The translations under genes and the position numbers were made by a program. The notes under the pieces were generated by a model. The model ran no database searches. It worked only from the letters and a program-made list of their open reading frames with translations, and had not been told where the DNA came from. Shown here in pieces: positions 61,770-64,000 of a DNA stretch of 64,000 nt; position 1 is the first letter of the stretch; the number at the start of each line of letters is the position of its first letter. This DNA comes from Caldilineaceae bacterium (GTDB lineage: Bacteria; Chloroflexota; Anaerolineae; Caldilineales; Caldilineaceae): positions 2,780,880 through 2,844,879 of the forward strand of contig OZ242287.1 of assembly GCA_965207495.1 (NCBI GenBank). Reading direction: 5' to 3'.

Positions 61770-62189
61770 CTACGTCTCTTCTGCTCCCCATCGCGTGCCC
61801 TCGGGCACGTCCGTATCGCTCTCAATGTCAAGCCGGTACCCGTCAGGATCGGTTAGCGAAGTGAGCCACATCCCATTGCTCACAAAGGGCCGCGAAGCGT
61901 CGAGCCCACGCGCCCTGACCTCGTCGTATATCCGCAACGCATCCTCACAGATAAAGACAATCGTTACACCCTCGCCCACCTTCCCAGACGGAGTCCAGGA
62001 ATCGTGCCCCGAAGTTGGGAACTGCTGCAACATAATCGCCGCCTCTCCCAACGTCAACCAGCACCAACGCAGCTTCCCGTCCGGTTCCCACTTGTCTCTG
62101 ATCTCGCAGCCCAGCCCATCGACATAGAAGCCGATCGACGCCTGCATATCCGATACCTTCAAAAATGGAACTGCCTGCTTAATGCTCAT
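61770..62189 (-). CDS. VOC (glyoxalase/bleomycin-resistance/dioxygenase) family protein
   Basis: ORF 61770..62219. ATG at 62189 preferred (MSIKQAVPFLKVSDMQASIGFYVDGLG), a typical VOC beta-alpha-beta-beta-beta start. Confidence 0.7.
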   Translation of the reverse strand: MSIKQAVPFLKVSDMQASIGFYVDGLGCEIRDKWEPDGKLRWCWLTLGEAAIMLQQFPTSGHDSWTPSGKVGEGVTIVFICEDALRIYDEVRARGLDASRPFVSNGMWLTSLTDPDGYRLDIESDTDVPEGTRWGAEET

Positions 62190-62281
62190 TCCTGTATGAA
62201 CCTCAACTTTCGCTTGCAATCTCGGAGCTAGGCAATCTCTCCGCTACTTGGGAGGAGCCACTCATCGCCGGACCTGCGAGT

Positions 62282-63445
62282 CTACCAGTTCGTCACCGAC
62301 CCATCGCGACGCCGCAAATGGGGCGCCTCCCAGAAACGGAACTCCTCCGCCTTCGCCCGTTCCTCATTGAACTCAACCCCGAGCCCCGGACCGTCCGGCA
62401 CGACGTAGTAATAGCCGTCCAGCTCCGGCTGCTCAGGGAACCAGTCCTCGTCGTAGAACCTGCCTTCTTCGGTCGGCGAAACGCGCACCTCCAGCCAGGC
62501 AAAGTTCGGCACGGCCGCCGCCAGGTGGACCGTCGCCGCGCTGCATATCGGGCCCAGCGGATTGTGGGGCATCAGGTCGATGTAGTGCGCCTCCGCCATG
62601 GCCGCCACCTTGACCGCCTCCGTCAAACCGCCCACGTTGCAGACATCGATACGCGCGAACTGCGTAATGCCGCGCTCGATATAAGGCAGAAACTGCCACT
62701 TGCTGGCAAACTCCTCACCGATGGCAAAAGGCACGTCGGTCATGCTTCGCAGCGCTTCGTAAGCCTCCGGAGTCTCGTCCCGAATCGGCTCCTCAAGAAA
62801 GTCCAGCGTGCCCGAAGGCATGCGCTGACAGAATGACGCCGCCTCGGCCACGCTCAACCGGTGATGGTAGTCGATGCCCATCACCGGTCCGGGCCCAATC
62901 GCCTCACGAACCGCAGTCAGCCACTGCGCTGTTATGCCCAGAGACTCGCGTGGTTCGAAAATATAGTCAGGTTCTCCCTCATCGCTGGCGGCGCTGCGGC
63001 CGGCCCTGATCGCCGGCCAGCCCAAATCCACAAGCATCTGTACGTTCTCGATCAGCTCTTCCTGGCTTGCCCCGCCGGTCGAGGCAAAGCAAGGAACCAA
63101 CTCCCGCTGTTTTCCGCCTAGCAGCTGGTACACCGGAACGTTCAGCGCCTTTCCGGCGATGTCGTACAGCGCGATATCTATTGCCGAGATCGCAGCGGTC
63201 AATACGCGGCCCCCTTCAAAGTACTGACTGCGATACATCTCCTGCCACAACGCACCCATCCGCAACGGATCGCGGCCGATAAGAAACTCACGGTAATGGT
63301 TTACCGCGCCTGTCACAGCCAGCTCCCGCCCTGACAAGCCTGCCTCCCCCCAACCATGCAGACTCTCGTCAGTCTCCACCTTGACGATCATCTGATTGCG
63401 TTGGCCTACCCAAGCCGGATAGGTCTTGATGTCTGTTATTTTCAT
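62282..63445 (-). CDS. enolase-superfamily dehydratase (mandelate racemase/muconate lactonizing family, D-galactonate dehydratase-like)
   Basis: 387 aa. MKITDIKTY...VKVETDESLHGWGEA...DIALYDIAGKALNVPVYQLLGG resembles DgoD-like acid-sugar dehydratases. Substrate not assignable. Confidence 0.8.
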   Translation of the reverse strand: MKITDIKTYPAWVGQRNQMIVKVETDESLHGWGEAGLSGRELAVTGAVNHYREFLIGRDPLRMGALWQEMYRSQYFEGGRVLTAAISAIDIALYDIAGKALNVPVYQLLGGKQRELVPCFASTGGASQEELIENVQMLVDLGWPAIRAGRSAASDEGEPDYIFEPRESLGITAQWLTAVREAIGPGPVMGIDYHHRLSVAEAASFCQRMPSGTLDFLEEPIRDETPEAYEALRSMTDVPFAIGEEFASKWQFLPYIERGITQFARIDVCNVGGLTEAVKVAAMAEAHYIDLMPHNPLGPICSAATVHLAAAVPNFAWLEVRVSPTEEGRFYDEDWFPEQPELDGYYYVVPDGPGLGVEFNEERAKAEEFRFWEAPHLRRRDGSVTNW

Positions 63446-63759
63446 GGCTTCTTCCTGTAGTTCTCCGTTAAAACAGAACGAATAGGCATTTATGCGCTTG
63501 AATCCCGCGCCTGTAAAAGGGGAAGGAGCGATCTGCTTGTCAGGAACTCAGATTCTCGACCCCATCCTTCTTCTTTCTGTGCCCCTTACTTGAGGCGCGA
63601 CAGAAAGGGTCCTAATGTAATTGCCGTTTCTCACCAAGACTTTCCGCGCGGCTTTCGCATCTGTATCGCGCCTTCCATGTCTGCCTTTACGCAAGACGCA
63701 ATACGAAATACACAAGTCACAAAAAGCAGGTTCTCAACTTGAACGCCCATTAGATTGGG

Positions 63760-64000
63760 CTAACCATCGATTGCCGCCCGGTACCGGCTTGCTTCTTCGT
63801 CGGACAGTGCCCGGCTGCCCGCCGCGGCGTTGGTCTGCGCTTGCGCGGGTGATTTGGCGCCTGGGATCGACACGGATACGGCTGGATGGGTAAAGGTATA
63901 GCGGATCGCTGCTTGAACCATGTCCTCTCCAGGCGATACGACCTCGCCGAGACGGCCGACCTGCACCGCGCGGGTCTCGAATTGGTCTTGCTGGGAGCCG
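63760..64000 (-). CDS. aldo/keto reductase, C-terminal part; gene continues past the right edge
   Basis: The frame of ORF 63760..63966 stays open to the window end (..GSQQDQFETRAVQVGRLGEV..). ..AAIRYTFTHPAVSVSIPGAKSPAQAQTNAAA.. is a typical AKR C-terminus. Confidence 0.6.
   Translation of the reverse strand, partial: GSQQDQFETRAVQVGRLGEVVSPGEDMVQAAIRYTFTHPAVSVSIPGAKSPAQAQTNAAAGSRALSDEEASRYRAAIDG

Overview
High-GC (about 58-62% by spot counts) bacterial chromosomal segment, mostly core amino-acid metabolism on the minus strand. Right to left: ilvB-ilvN-ilvC-leuA (38175->32633), preceded by a sigma70-like promoter, a 30-aa Leu/Val-rich leader ORF and a terminator (candidate attenuator). Next is a lower-GC three-gene operon of two paralogous modular membrane proteins plus a YbjQ-family protein (32503->27160). 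Then come gltB-gltD-leuC-leuD-methyltransferase, leuB, ppc, and a cimA-like synthase with ilvD. A second block (52857->46630) is a LysW-type alpha-aminoadipate lysine cluster: homocitrate synthase, homoaconitase large and small subunits, Nudix, lysW, lysX, lysY/argC. It has its own near-consensus promoter, a Lys-codon leader ORF and a terminator. Other genes: a GH-like fragment, PhyH oxygenase, SH3b lipoprotein, acyl-CoA dehydrogenase and ligase, sugar isomerase, sulfatase, a two-gene ABC exporter pair, MOSC, VOC, an enolase-superfamily dehydratase, an AKR fragment, a coiled-coil repeat protein with a PD-(D/E)XK-like tail, and a ~2468-aa membrane-anchored surface protein (3 Cys-paired domains, 15 He_PIG/cadherin-like repeats, two Asn/Gly microsatellite linkers, 5 SH3b). 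A genome-specific family of modular intergenic repeats (heptamer arrays, CTGCAG, a 58-nt GC-rich double hairpin, and a 132-bp unit amplified in tandem) occupies at least five intergenic gaps. I recognised no rRNA, tRNA, CRISPR, transposase or integrase. The best candidates for something undescribed are the paralogous membrane-protein/YbjQ operon, the modular repeat family, and the two leader-peptide attenuators. All family calls come from motif memory, not from searches.
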